Part shown: positions 1 to 8,832 of the stretch, piece by piece | Layout: every line of letters begins with the position of its first letter | Numbering within the stretch: the stretch's first letter is position 1 | Assembly: GCA_049967475.1 (NCBI GenBank) | Contig: JBMFSQ010000020.1 | Span: 1 to 63,567, forward strand | Source: Chthonomonadales bacterium | Lineage (GTDB): Bacteria > Armatimonadota > Chthonomonadetes > Chthonomonadales > CAJBBX01 | DNA: 63,567 nt | Direction of reading: 5' to 3' | Notes under the pieces: generated by a model | What the model was told of the DNA's origin: nothing | Database searches by the model: none | Seen by the model: the letters and a program-made list of their open reading frames with translations, nothing else | Made by a program: the position numbers and the translations under genes

Positions 1-45
1 GGTGCCGGATTGTGTACTTGAGATTCGCAATGATTGGGCGCCTGC

Positions 46-984
46 TCACCTTCCGCCCGTTTGCATCCCCACTGCGGACACGTACCAGTCCAGAAACTCG
101 TCTTTACGTGGGTCAACCAACACGGTGACGTTCGGGGTGCCGGGCGTGATGCGGGTGGTGCCGTCATCCTCCACCTCCACGTGCTGGTGCTCCGTTCGGC
201 AGAACACATGCCCCGTGCCGTAGGCTACAGCCATCGGATCGTACAGCACGGGTGTCGTGCGGCCCCAAAGGTATGTGAGCGCAGCCAGCGCATCGGTGGC
301 GGGAGTTCCATAGGAATAGAGGCGTTTGAGCCGATCGGCCTCCAGCTTCAGCATCGCAGTTGCCTCGAGCCCGGCCATCGTCAACGGGACACCGCTCTGA
401 AACACGACTTTCGCAGCAGCGGGGTCGCACCGAATGTTCCATTCTGCGGTCGGCTTGCCGCCATCATAGCCTTGATAAACGGCTCCACCCATGATCACAA
501 TCTGCCGGATGTGCGCCTTCACTTCCGGGTGGCGGGTGAGAAGATCTCCCAGGTTCACCAGCGGCCCGATGGCAATAAGCGTCACTTCGCCGGGATTGGC
601 CTCGATCTGGCGCCTCATGAATTCCACGGCATCTTCCCGCTGAATCGCTCTGGAGGCAAAGCCCTGGGCCCATGCATACTGCGTCCCGATAGCAGAGGGA
701 CCTCTCCGGCCTGCGCACACCGGTATCTCGGGCTTGCCGAGGCGCTGCAGAAGCTTCGCCGCGATCTGGGCACGTTCAGCCGTTTGGCCGAATGTCGTGG
801 TAACGCCCAGCAACTTCACGCCGGGCATGCTTGCCAGCAAGGTAAGGGCGTAGGCGTCGTCTACATCGTCGCCAATGTCCGTGTCCAGGATTACTTTCTG
901 GGCTGGGGCACCGGCATCGAGCGACGACGATGCGGAACCTATCGCGGCCCCCAACAGCGCACAGACAAGAAGCTGCATCATCAT
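46..984 (-). CDS. Exported inosine/uridine-preferring nucleoside hydrolase family protein
   Basis: N-terminal DTDIGDDVDD Asp cluster, IGPLVNL, IMGG and AEWNIRCDP motifs; hydrophobic signal peptide. Confidence 0.9.
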   Translation of the reverse strand: MMMQLLVCALLGAAIGSASSSLDAGAPAQKVILDTDIGDDVDDAYALTLLASMPGVKLLGVTTTFGQTAERAQIAAKLLQRLGKPEIPVCAGRRGPSAIGTQYAWAQGFASRAIQREDAVEFMRRQIEANPGEVTLIAIGPLVNLGDLLTRHPEVKAHIRQIVIMGGAVYQGYDGGKPTAEWNIRCDPAAAKVVFQSGVPLTMAGLEATAMLKLEADRLKRLYSYGTPATDALAALTYLWGRTTPVLYDPMAVAYGTGHVFCRTEHQHVEVEDDGTTRITPGTPNVTVLVDPRKDEFLDWYVSAVGMQTGGR

Positions 985-1013
985 TAATCTCCTTTACCGT
1001 GGGTCGGTTCCAT

Positions 1014-1781
1014 TCACGCAGGATGCGCACCTGCCTGCAGCCTGGCGTGCGCCACGAAACGGGCAACAGCCTCTACCGTGCCCATCCATACTCCGCTCCC
1101 AGGGTCCGCCCCGAGCGCACACAGATACTCCAGCGTGTCCGTGCGCACGGTTTGGGGTCCCCCAATTCCCGCGTCATGACCCGCGAAGATGAGCCAGCCG
1201 CCTGAACGCAGCGCGTTCTCCACCATGGAAGCGGCTTCAGTGACGGTTCGCCCGTCAAGTTCGGAGCCGTGGAGCTGCGCCAGATCGCAGAAATCAGGGT
1301 CATTGGGACCCTCGTCATTCCATCCGCGGGCCGCCAGAAAGCGCTCAGCCGCCAGAGGGACGGTGCTCTGAACTTCATCCCCTCTCCCTACGAACTTCTG
1401 TCCGCACGGGTAGGCAAATGTGACGGGGGTTTTGCCCACGAGGCGGCGAATGGCTTCCGACGCTTCGTCCATTTCAGCAGCCATGCGCTCCAGGGTGTAC
1501 TCTTCGAGGGGGTTGTGGCGTGAGAACTGGAAATTCCCGCTGCAGGGATGGGTGAGGGTGTGATTGCCGATTTCATGGCCCGCCGATGCCGTCTGCTGCC
1601 ACTCTTCAGCTCGATCCAAGAGCGGCGGAATGCCCACGTAGAAGGTCGCGCGGATGCCGTACCGCTCGAGAAGGGGCAGGGCTACATCCAATTGTGAGGG
1701 CCGGGCATCGTCAAAGGTAAGGCTCACGGCGGCACGGATGCCGGGCGGCCATGCAAAAGGGTGTGGTTGCGGTGCTGTCAT
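1014..1781 (-). CDS. Polysaccharide deacetylase (NodB/CE4) family protein
   Basis: SLTFDD, HEIGNHTLTH and FAYPCG motifs. Confidence 0.88.
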   Translation of the reverse strand: MTAPQPHPFAWPPGIRAAVSLTFDDARPSQLDVALPLLERYGIRATFYVGIPPLLDRAEEWQQTASAGHEIGNHTLTHPCSGNFQFSRHNPLEEYTLERMAAEMDEASEAIRRLVGKTPVTFAYPCGQKFVGRGDEVQSTVPLAAERFLAARGWNDEGPNDPDFCDLAQLHGSELDGRTVTEAASMVENALRSGGWLIFAGHDAGIGGPQTVRTDTLEYLCALGADPGSGVWMGTVEAVARFVAHARLQAGAHPA

Positions 1782-2266
1782 GGTGCCTCGCTATTCTCCG
1801 ACGGAGGATAAGCGCTGCGCAGGTACCGTATCTCGGCCCGCGTGTATCCTACCCCACGCAGGAAGCTCTCGGGAAGGTAGGCGGCACTGGCTCGAAGCGT
1901 CTGCTCATCCAATTCCGAAGGGCCGGGGTGCCGGATGCCTTCCAGGCCGCGAGCTCTGTGGAGGTTTCGGCATCCTGCCAGGACGGTGGCCTGCATGGTC
2001 GCTCCGGCGAGATTGGCTCCATCGAGATCCGCACCGGTTAGGTCCGCCTCGGTAAGATTAGCGCCCTGGAGGTTGGCGCCCGTAAGATCGGCATAGGCCA
2101 GCACAGCCCCCGAAAGGTTTGCGAACGGCAACACCGCCTTGGAAAGGTTCGCACGGCTGAGGTCGGCATGGATCAGGTATTCGCCGGCCAGGTTCGCCAG
2201 CGCCAGCGTGTCGGCTGCAACCTGCAAGAGGATGCGTCGGCTGCGCTTGTGGTGGATCGTGATCAT
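1778..2266 (-). CDS. Pentapeptide-repeat protein
   Basis: Tandem A(D/N)Lxx repeats (ANLAG, ADLSR, ANLSK, ADLTG, ANLQG...); 4-bp overlap with the downstream gene. Confidence 0.85.
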   Translation of the reverse strand: MITIHHKRSRRILLQVAADTLALANLAGEYLIHADLSRANLSKAVLPFANLSGAVLAYADLTGANLQGANLTEADLTGADLDGANLAGATMQATVLAGCRNLHRARGLEGIRHPGPSELDEQTLRASAAYLPESFLRGVGYTRAEIRYLRSAYPPSENSEAP

Positions 2267-2267
2267 C

Positions 2268-3932
2268 CTAAGGTACCTTCGCTGCGCGGGGCGTCACCAC
2301 AGCCTCGGCAATCATAAACCAGGGCGGCATTCCGAGCGTTCCGCGTTCTTCCCCGTTCTCGATACGCAATACGTTCCGCCCGCGGCGTAGCCGATCCGGT
2401 GCCACGGCAAACTCCAGCGTTCGGAAATCCGTGCTCTCGAATGGAGAAGCGCCGCTCACTAGGGGGTGACCGTTCCACAAGATGCGGACCCGCAGTTTTT
2501 TGCCGCTGTCGTCATCCCGGGCGGTGAGACGCAGTATCACTCCTTGCGGGGGCACATCGGCCAGCACGAAATCTGCCTGCATGGCGTAGCGCCCGGTGGC
2601 CCGCGCATACACGTAGTTTACCGATTTCCCATAGAAGTTGTACCCGAACAGATCTGCAGCCCCTCCTTCGAACTCATCCCCTTGGGCCCTGAGCGGCGAA
2701 GCGTTGAGGCGACTGCCGGCCTTTCGGTCCAGGAATGCCAGATCCGCTTCAACAGTCGGCCTCACATCTTCCCAAAGCGCGTGCAAGTCCGGACAGGAAC
2801 CCATGAGGCGGACTAGCCGCTGGTATCTTTGGCGCTCGCGGGCGGCCTCGGCCCGGGTTCGCGGTCTGGGACGAGGCGGATAGCCGGCTTCTCCCAGGAA
2901 GCGGCTGCCGTAGAGTTCGATCAAGAGGCGCAGCGCCGCACGATCGTGTGCCGGGTATTCCGCGAGCATCCGGCGCAGCGCATCCCGGGGCTGATATCCT
3001 TCGGGGTCATTGAGATATGCCGCCAAGCTCGTGAGCGGCAAAGTCGAAGCGAACCACTGCTTCATGGGGTTCGCCAGATACCCGCTCACTTCTGAGGCCA
3101 GATCTCTGCTGCGCCCCTTCACGGGAGCAAGGAGCGGCCGCCATGGAAACATATCATTGACGGGATAGTTATCCCACACAAAAGGCTTGCGGCGGATCCA
3201 CTTGGCGAACCGGCGCGCGTCTGCCGCCGTGATCGAGGGAGAGCAGACCACAGGGCCGGTCCAAAAGATCCTCACCGCCGGATCCACTCCTGCGCCGATG
3301 GCCTCGATGTAATCCCGGTGCGCCTGGGCATCGGCGGTAGTGTACGCACTGGGGCAGAAGATCAGATTAGGCTTTGGAACGAGATCCTGCATCCCATGCC
3401 ACAAACGGTTTACAAAGGACACCTGCGCAGCCTGCAGAGTTCCGTACTGCCGGCGGTCCGGCGGCTGCAAGGTTTGGTTGATGTCGTCCAGGCACAGGGC
3501 GAACCAATGGATGCCGGCAGCATGGGCCTGACGCACTTTGGCCAAAGCGCAGTCAAAGTCTGCTTTACTGGAATACACGAGGGGAGGGCGGGACCAAATT
3601 CCTGGATTGATCGCCAAGCACAGGTGGACGCCGAGACGGCGAGCCTGTTTCGAGAGCGCATGAAAGGATCGGATCTCCTCGGGCGTGTAGGCGTCGCGCC
3701 ATTTCCAAGAACTTTCGGGAAAAGAGGTGTAGCAAAGCATGAGGAAGTTCAGGTGGTGTTGAGCCAGCCACGGGAGGGCCCGGCGGTAATTCGCGTCACC
3801 CTGCCACCACAATCCCTTGATGCCTCGGATTGGGAAGGCGTTTGCCGACCGGCCTATCGGCGAATGGGACACAAAGCGCAAGGGGGCGGATCCGGTGAGA
3901 ACCGCGCAAAAAGCAAATAGAAGGCTAAGCAT
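2268..3932 (-). CDS. Exported GH84-like beta-N-acetylglucosaminidase with C-terminal beta-sandwich domain
   Basis: WRDAY, catalytic LCLDDI, FWTGP and VWDNYPVND motifs typical of GH84; signal peptide. Confidence 0.82.
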   Translation of the reverse strand: MLSLLFAFCAVLTGSAPLRFVSHSPIGRSANAFPIRGIKGLWWQGDANYRRALPWLAQHHLNFLMLCYTSFPESSWKWRDAYTPEEIRSFHALSKQARRLGVHLCLAINPGIWSRPPLVYSSKADFDCALAKVRQAHAAGIHWFALCLDDINQTLQPPDRRQYGTLQAAQVSFVNRLWHGMQDLVPKPNLIFCPSAYTTADAQAHRDYIEAIGAGVDPAVRIFWTGPVVCSPSITAADARRFAKWIRRKPFVWDNYPVNDMFPWRPLLAPVKGRSRDLASEVSGYLANPMKQWFASTLPLTSLAAYLNDPEGYQPRDALRRMLAEYPAHDRAALRLLIELYGSRFLGEAGYPPRPRPRTRAEAARERQRYQRLVRLMGSCPDLHALWEDVRPTVEADLAFLDRKAGSRLNASPLRAQGDEFEGGAADLFGYNFYGKSVNYVYARATGRYAMQADFVLADVPPQGVILRLTARDDDSGKKLRVRILWNGHPLVSGASPFESTDFRTLEFAVAPDRLRRGRNVLRIENGEERGTLGMPPWFMIAEAVVTPRAAKVP

Positions 3933-3972
3933 GGATAAATTCCTTTTGTAGAAAGATGGTCAACCCGCACTA

Positions 3973-3988
3973 TGGCACGAAATTTGCA
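3973..3988 (+). promoter_or_regulatory. Sigma-54 (-24/-12) promoter
   Basis: TGGCAC-GAAAT-TTGCA matches the consensus TGGCAC-N5-TTGCW; lies about 140 bp upstream of the gene at 4129. Confidence 0.8.
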
Positions 3989-4128
3989 GAAGGTATAATC
4001 AGCGTGCATCTCACGTCGCCGCCCCCACTTCCGAGGGACGGGATGCCTGCCCAAACTCACGCGGCTCGTGACGGCGCCTGCGGCGATGGAGCAAACCCGG
4101 GCCGTAACTCTCTGGAAGGAGTACGTCC

Positions 4129-4710
4129 ATGTGTGCTCGTGTCGGCAAGTTCCGGTTTGGCAAGGCGTTCGGTGCATTGGGGCTCTTGAGTGCCCTTGTG
4201 GCGCTCGTCGTTGCTTTTCGCCCCGCCGGAGCCCAAGGGGATAATGTGCCTGCCGTGCAGCATCCCCCGGACCCTTGCGGTCCGATCCAGCTTCAGATGG
4301 GTGACCATGCCATCATCGGCGTGCTGCTCCCTGCCGTACAGAAGGTGCGGGAGGCAGCAATGCTGGTGATCCTAGACAGCTCCGGAGTGCCCATCGCCCG
4401 AACGTTTCTCCCGGCTGTGCAAAACCAACCATTCACTCCGGCGTTTGTAGACGTGTATATGGGAGACGGATCTGTGCGCATCCTAAAGCGCGGCGGCGAC
4501 CCGGCTTCCGAAAATGGAACGCTCTTCCAAGGGTCCAGCGACGGCGCGTTGACGGCTGTGCTTCTTCCTGCTGTGCAGCGGAACCGGAAGCCCGTGTACC
4601 CAACCTCCGCTACAATCCAGGTGATGGACGGAGCCGGCAAGACACGCTTCGCTCTCCCGTTCTTCCCGCCCACCCCTATCGTTCCTGAGGACCCAATCCA
4701 CCAGCAATAG
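4129..4710 (+). CDS. Secreted hypothetical protein with four PAVQ motifs
   Basis: AAGGAG RBS; signal peptide ending AGA-Q; repeated (L)PAVQ, LLPAVQKVREAA and MGDGSVR. Confidence 0.8.
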   Translation: MCARVGKFRFGKAFGALGLLSALVALVVAFRPAGAQGDNVPAVQHPPDPCGPIQLQMGDHAIIGVLLPAVQKVREAAMLVILDSSGVPIARTFLPAVQNQPFTPAFVDVYMGDGSVRILKRGGDPASENGTLFQGSSDGALTAVLLPAVQRNRKPVYPTSATIQVMDGAGKTRFALPFFPPTPIVPEDPIHQQ

Positions 4711-4794
4711 AAACCTGTGCGGCAGGATGGCAGGGAGACGGGGCGTCCGGCCTAAGCCTCCACCCGGATGCTGAGCGCAGCGCCCCGTGCAGAT

Positions 4795-4834
4795 CCTTCG
4801 GCCCCTTCCTCTCACGGGAGGTTGGGGCCGGAGG
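4795..4834. terminator. GC-rich stem-loop between convergent genes
   Basis: ccttcggcccc...ggggccggagg inverted repeat, nested in a larger gcgcagcg/cgctgcgc pairing. Confidence 0.45.
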
Positions 4835-4860
4835 TTCCTTGACGCTGCGCATCCTTAGCC

Positions 4861-6486
4861 TTAGGGTGGAGGGGGCGGCGACACCGTCAGGCTCAACACG
4901 AGATCCAGGGTCGTGTCCTGAACGAGCTGGATCTGTTGGTACGGAGCGATCTGGTCCCCGTATACCGCGCTCACCCCGTAGGTGCCCGCAGGCAGTTTGA
5001 TCGAATAGGCTCCCTGGCTGTCCGTCACGACCTCATGAACCATGATGGGCGCCATCATCCGCGGATCGGGCCAAATGGGCCCCCCGAAGAAGACGGTCGC
5101 GCCGGCCACGGGGGTGTGGGCGCCGTTCTGATCGGCATAGACGTGCCCGCTGACGGTGTAGCTTCCCGAGGGAGCCGGATCCAGAGCCACATTCAGCGTG
5201 ACGGTGGCGCCTGCTTGAACGGTAACAGGTGCGCTCTTCGACAAGTACCCGGAGGCCGCCACGCCTAAGGTCCATGTGCCCGCAGGCGCCGTAAGCGCGT
5301 AATGCCCCTGGGCATCCGTCTTGGCGTGGAAGCGGAAAAGGCCCGGGACAAAGCATACGCCTGCAGCGCCGCCCGTGGTGCCACCCGTAACGCCGGTTCC
5401 ACCAGACATCACCGGAGGACCGGGCGCGAAGAGAACGGCTACGAGCGCTCCTTCAATGGGTTTGCCGGTAGAGGCATCCGTCACTGTGCCCTCCACCGTA
5501 CCCACTCGAGGGGTATGCGGTTTGAGCAGGAAGTTCTGCGTTAGGGTTTGCCCAGCTGTGATGGTTACGGATTGGCGGTCGGGCTCCAAGCCGGCGCGCA
5601 CCGCCACGGCCAGGTAATCGCCCGCGGGGATATTGCTCAGGGTATAGTTGCCCTGCTCATCCGTAAACGTAATCCATTCGGGCCCCGGGTTGGGGTGGCT
5701 TCCCGCACCGCCCGTCACGGAGGCAGGCAGGGGCTGCATGATGCCTATGTAATCCTTCGGGGCCAGCCGCACGAGGGCCCCCGCCAGCGGTGTCTGGCTG
5801 CCTGCGTCCGTAACCATATAGACCGTGCCGGTCATCGTACCGGTGCCCTGGGATGCCTCGGGAGTTAGGGAAAAATCTGCGGCTGTAGTGGCTGCGGCAG
5901 CAACGGACACGGTAGCAGAGGCTGTGGTGTAGCCGGGCTTCGCTGCAGTAACCACGTATTCCCCCACCGGGATGCCGGGAACGGCATAGCTTCCGGAGGC
6001 ATCCGTGCGGGTGATGCGCACGGGCAGGGGTGGAATATCCCCGGAATTCTGGGTTACGGCCTCCGAGATGGTGATGAGGGCTCCCGGGATGGGCTCTTTA
6101 TTGTCCGAGCGAGTAACCAGCCCGCTGATCTGCCCGGCATCCTGCGCAACCAGATCGCCTACCGAGGTCTGTTGGCCCGACACTACCTGTACGGCCACCG
6201 CCACTCCGTGACGCGGCGAATGGATGGCCAGTGTGTGCAACCCTGCTGCCACGGAATTGATGGCGAAGCTGCCATCCACACCCAGCGGAATGGAGAGATC
6301 CGTGTTATCCACGGTGAACGTGAAGGTTTCAGCGGCGCGCCCTCCAAGCGGATCAGGAACGACGAGTCGGCCCGTGATGGATCCTGTGCCGGAAGCCGAT
6401 CCGGATCCTCCCCCACCGCAACCGACCGCTGCTAGGAGAGAACCCACAGCGATCACCCAGAGAGAACGAACGACGAACTTCGTCAT
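4861..6486 (-). CDS. Lipoprotein with tandem carboxypeptidase-regulatory-like (transthyretin-like Ig) domains
   Basis: Start moved to ATG 6486 (AAGGAGG RBS); lipobox AVGC then Gly linker; repeated G.I.G.V.D...P..GA.V...TD..G.Y units. Confidence 0.82.
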   Translation of the reverse strand: MTKFVVRSLWVIAVGSLLAAVGCGGGGSGSASGTGSITGRLVVPDPLGGRAAETFTFTVDNTDLSIPLGVDGSFAINSVAAGLHTLAIHSPRHGVAVAVQVVSGQQTSVGDLVAQDAGQISGLVTRSDNKEPIPGALITISEAVTQNSGDIPPLPVRITRTDASGSYAVPGIPVGEYVVTAAKPGYTTASATVSVAAAATTAADFSLTPEASQGTGTMTGTVYMVTDAGSQTPLAGALVRLAPKDYIGIMQPLPASVTGGAGSHPNPGPEWITFTDEQGNYTLSNIPAGDYLAVAVRAGLEPDRQSVTITAGQTLTQNFLLKPHTPRVGTVEGTVTDASTGKPIEGALVAVLFAPGPPVMSGGTGVTGGTTGGAAGVCFVPGLFRFHAKTDAQGHYALTAPAGTWTLGVAASGYLSKSAPVTVQAGATVTLNVALDPAPSGSYTVSGHVYADQNGAHTPVAGATVFFGGPIWPDPRMMAPIMVHEVVTDSQGAYSIKLPAGTYGVSAVYGDQIAPYQQIQLVQDTTLDLVLSLTVSPPPPP

Positions 6487-6555
6487 TGCATCCCTCCTTG
6501 CGAACAATTGCCGCCGGCCTGCGCTGCGGATGCCCGCCGGCCGTTGGTACAGTGG

Positions 6556-6584
6556 ATTGTATCACTGTACAAGAGCCGTGTCAA
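6556..6584 (-). promoter_or_regulatory. Sigma-70 promoter for the lipoprotein gene, overlapped by a palindrome
   Basis: TTGACA-17 bp-TACAAT on the minus strand; GTACAGTG-N8-CACTGTAC at 6547-6570 brackets the -10 box. Confidence 0.7.
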
Positions 6585-6651
6585 CAAAAACGACCCGGCG
6601 ACGCACTCCGCGTCGGGTAAACTAAACGGTACGAAGTCCTCGGAGCCCGTC

Positions 6652-7752
6652 ATGGACACGCTCAAGCACCCCATCGAGGTAGGGAACAACATTACTCGGC
6701 TGGTGCCCTACCGGCCCGGCAAGCCCATTGAAGAGGTCAAGCGCGAACTGGGTTTGACCGATGTGGTGAAGCTTGCCTCAAACGAGAACCCCTTGGGCCC
6801 TTCCCCCAAGGCCGTGGAGGCACTGCGCCAGGCAGCCGACCGCATTCACCTTTACCCCGACGCCTCGTGCTGGGCGCTCCGTGCTGCGGTAGCTCAGCAC
6901 CTGGGCGTGCCGGAAGACACCCTCGTGTTTGGAAACGGATCCGACGACGTCATCCATTTGCTCGGCGTCACGCTGTTGGCGCCAGGCGATGAAGTGGTAC
7001 AGGCAGATCCCTCCTTCGTGCGTTACGAAGCTGCCGCTATCCTGAACCGCGCCAATTGCCACCTCGTTCCCTTGCGCGAATGGACGCATGACCTGGACGC
7101 CATGGCCCAGCGCCTGAACGAACGAACGCGCCTCATCTTCATTGCGAACCCCAACAATCCGACCGGGACCAGCGTGCCCCGGAACCAGGTGGAGCGCTTC
7201 CTGGACCGGGTACCCCCTCGCGCCGTGGTGGTGTTCGATGAAGCGTATTATGAATATGTAGACCGGCCGGATTACCCCGACACGCTGGCCTATGTGCGCG
7301 ACGGTCTCAATGTGGTGACGCTCCGGACCTTCTCCAAAGCCTACGGATTGGCGGGCCTGCGCATCGGCTATGGCGTCGCCAGCCCGCAACTGGCCGATTA
7401 CCTCAACCGCGTACGCGAACCCTTCAACGTGAGCCTCGTGGCCCAGGAAGCCGCGCTGGCCGCACTCAGCGACGAGGAGCATCTTCGCCGCTCCCGAGAC
7501 GCGAACCGCGCGGGCAAGCTCCAGCTCTACCGGGGCTTCGATGCCCTGGATCTCCCCTACGTACCCACGGATGCCAACTTCGTGTGGGTGGACGTGCGCC
7601 GCGATTGCCAAGAGGTCTTCTTGGCGCTCCTTCAGCGAGGCGTAATCGTGCGGACAGGGGACATTTTCGGCGCCGAAACCTGGCTCCGCGTTACCATCGG
7701 CACAGCAGATCAGAATGAGCGCTTCCTTACCGCTCTTGCGGAAGTGCTCTGA
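6652..7752 (+). CDS. hisC: Histidinol-phosphate/aromatic aminotransferase
   Basis: KLASNENP, GNGSD, NPNNPTG, DEAY and the PLP lysine motif TFSKAYGLAGLRIGY; start moved to ATG 6652. Confidence 0.93.
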   Translation: MDTLKHPIEVGNNITRLVPYRPGKPIEEVKRELGLTDVVKLASNENPLGPSPKAVEALRQAADRIHLYPDASCWALRAAVAQHLGVPEDTLVFGNGSDDVIHLLGVTLLAPGDEVVQADPSFVRYEAAAILNRANCHLVPLREWTHDLDAMAQRLNERTRLIFIANPNNPTGTSVPRNQVERFLDRVPPRAVVVFDEAYYEYVDRPDYPDTLAYVRDGLNVVTLRTFSKAYGLAGLRIGYGVASPQLADYLNRVREPFNVSLVAQEAALAALSDEEHLRRSRDANRAGKLQLYRGFDALDLPYVPTDANFVWVDVRRDCQEVFLALLQRGVIVRTGDIFGAETWLRVTIGTADQNERFLTALAEVL

Positions 7753-7778
7753 CACCTGAAGATGAAGGAAGACCCTAC

Positions 7779-8801
7779 ATGATCGTTGTGATGGCTCCCC
7801 ACGCCACACCGGAACAGATAAAGGATGTGGAACAGCGCATCCTCGATTGGGGATATGGAGTGCATCCCATCTATGGCACGGAGCGCACCGTAATCGGCGC
7901 CGTGGGCGTGCCGGAAGCGGATAAGGCCGGCTATATGGAACAGCTCGAGGGGCTGGAGTACGTAGAGCGCGTAATCGCCATCATTCGCCCCTACAAGTTC
8001 GTCAGCCGCGAATACCACCCCGACGGCACCACAATCAAGGTAGGCGACACGGAGATTGGGGGCACGCGCATTGTGCTCATGGCCGGACCGTGCACCATCG
8101 AGTCCTACGAACAGACTAAGGAGACTGCCAAGGCCGTGAAGGCTGCAGGGGCCACGATTCTGCGGGGAGGAGCGTACAAACCGTCTACATCGCCCTACTC
8201 CTTCCAGGGACTGGGCGTCGAAGGCCTCAAGATCCTCAAGGACGTAGGCGCCGAGGTAGGGCTGGCCGTGATCACGGAAGTGATGGATCCCCGCAACGTG
8301 GAAATCGTCAGTGAACATGCCGATATCCTTCAGATCGGCACCCGGAATATGCAAAATTACGACCTTCTGCGGGAAGTAGGCCGCGCCCGCAAGCCGGTGC
8401 TGCTGAAAAGGGGCATGTGGGCCAAGATCGAAGAATGGATGCAGGCCGCGGAGTACGTGTTTTTGGGCGGCAATCAGAACATTATCCTCTGTGAGCGCGG
8501 CATCCGCACCTTCGAGACGCACACACGCAACACTTTGGATCTCTCGGCCGTCCCTGCTGCCAAACAGCTCTCGCACTTGCCCGTAGTGGTAGATCCGAGC
8601 CACGGCACCGGCAACTGGAGGCTGGTGCCGCCGATGACGAAAGCCGCCATTGCGTGCGGCGCGGATGGCCTCCTCATCGAGGTCCATCCGAACCCGGCCA
8701 AAGCCATAAAGGATGGAGCACAAACTCTAAGCCATGAGCTTTTCGCCCAACTTGTGCGGGAATGCCGCCCCGTCGCCGAGGCCGTGGGCCGCACGATCTA
8801 G
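7779..8801 (+). CDS. aroF: DAHP synthase type I-beta with N-terminal regulatory domain (copy 1)
   Basis: AGPC, QIGTRNMQN, LKRG, CERGIRTF, DPSHG and EVHP motifs. Confidence 0.9.
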   Translation: MIVVMAPHATPEQIKDVEQRILDWGYGVHPIYGTERTVIGAVGVPEADKAGYMEQLEGLEYVERVIAIIRPYKFVSREYHPDGTTIKVGDTEIGGTRIVLMAGPCTIESYEQTKETAKAVKAAGATILRGGAYKPSTSPYSFQGLGVEGLKILKDVGAEVGLAVITEVMDPRNVEIVSEHADILQIGTRNMQNYDLLREVGRARKPVLLKRGMWAKIEEWMQAAEYVFLGGNQNIILCERGIRTFETHTRNTLDLSAVPAAKQLSHLPVVVDPSHGTGNWRLVPPMTKAAIACGADGLLIEVHPNPAKAIKDGAQTLSHELFAQLVRECRPVAEAVGRTI

Positions 8802-8832
8802 CAAGGCATCGTTCCATCAGAAGGGCCATGTC

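Noticed and set aside
2000..2215. 15-bp periodicity suggestive of a DNA repeat array
   Set aside because: Fully explained by pentapeptide-repeat coding; not CRISPR-like.
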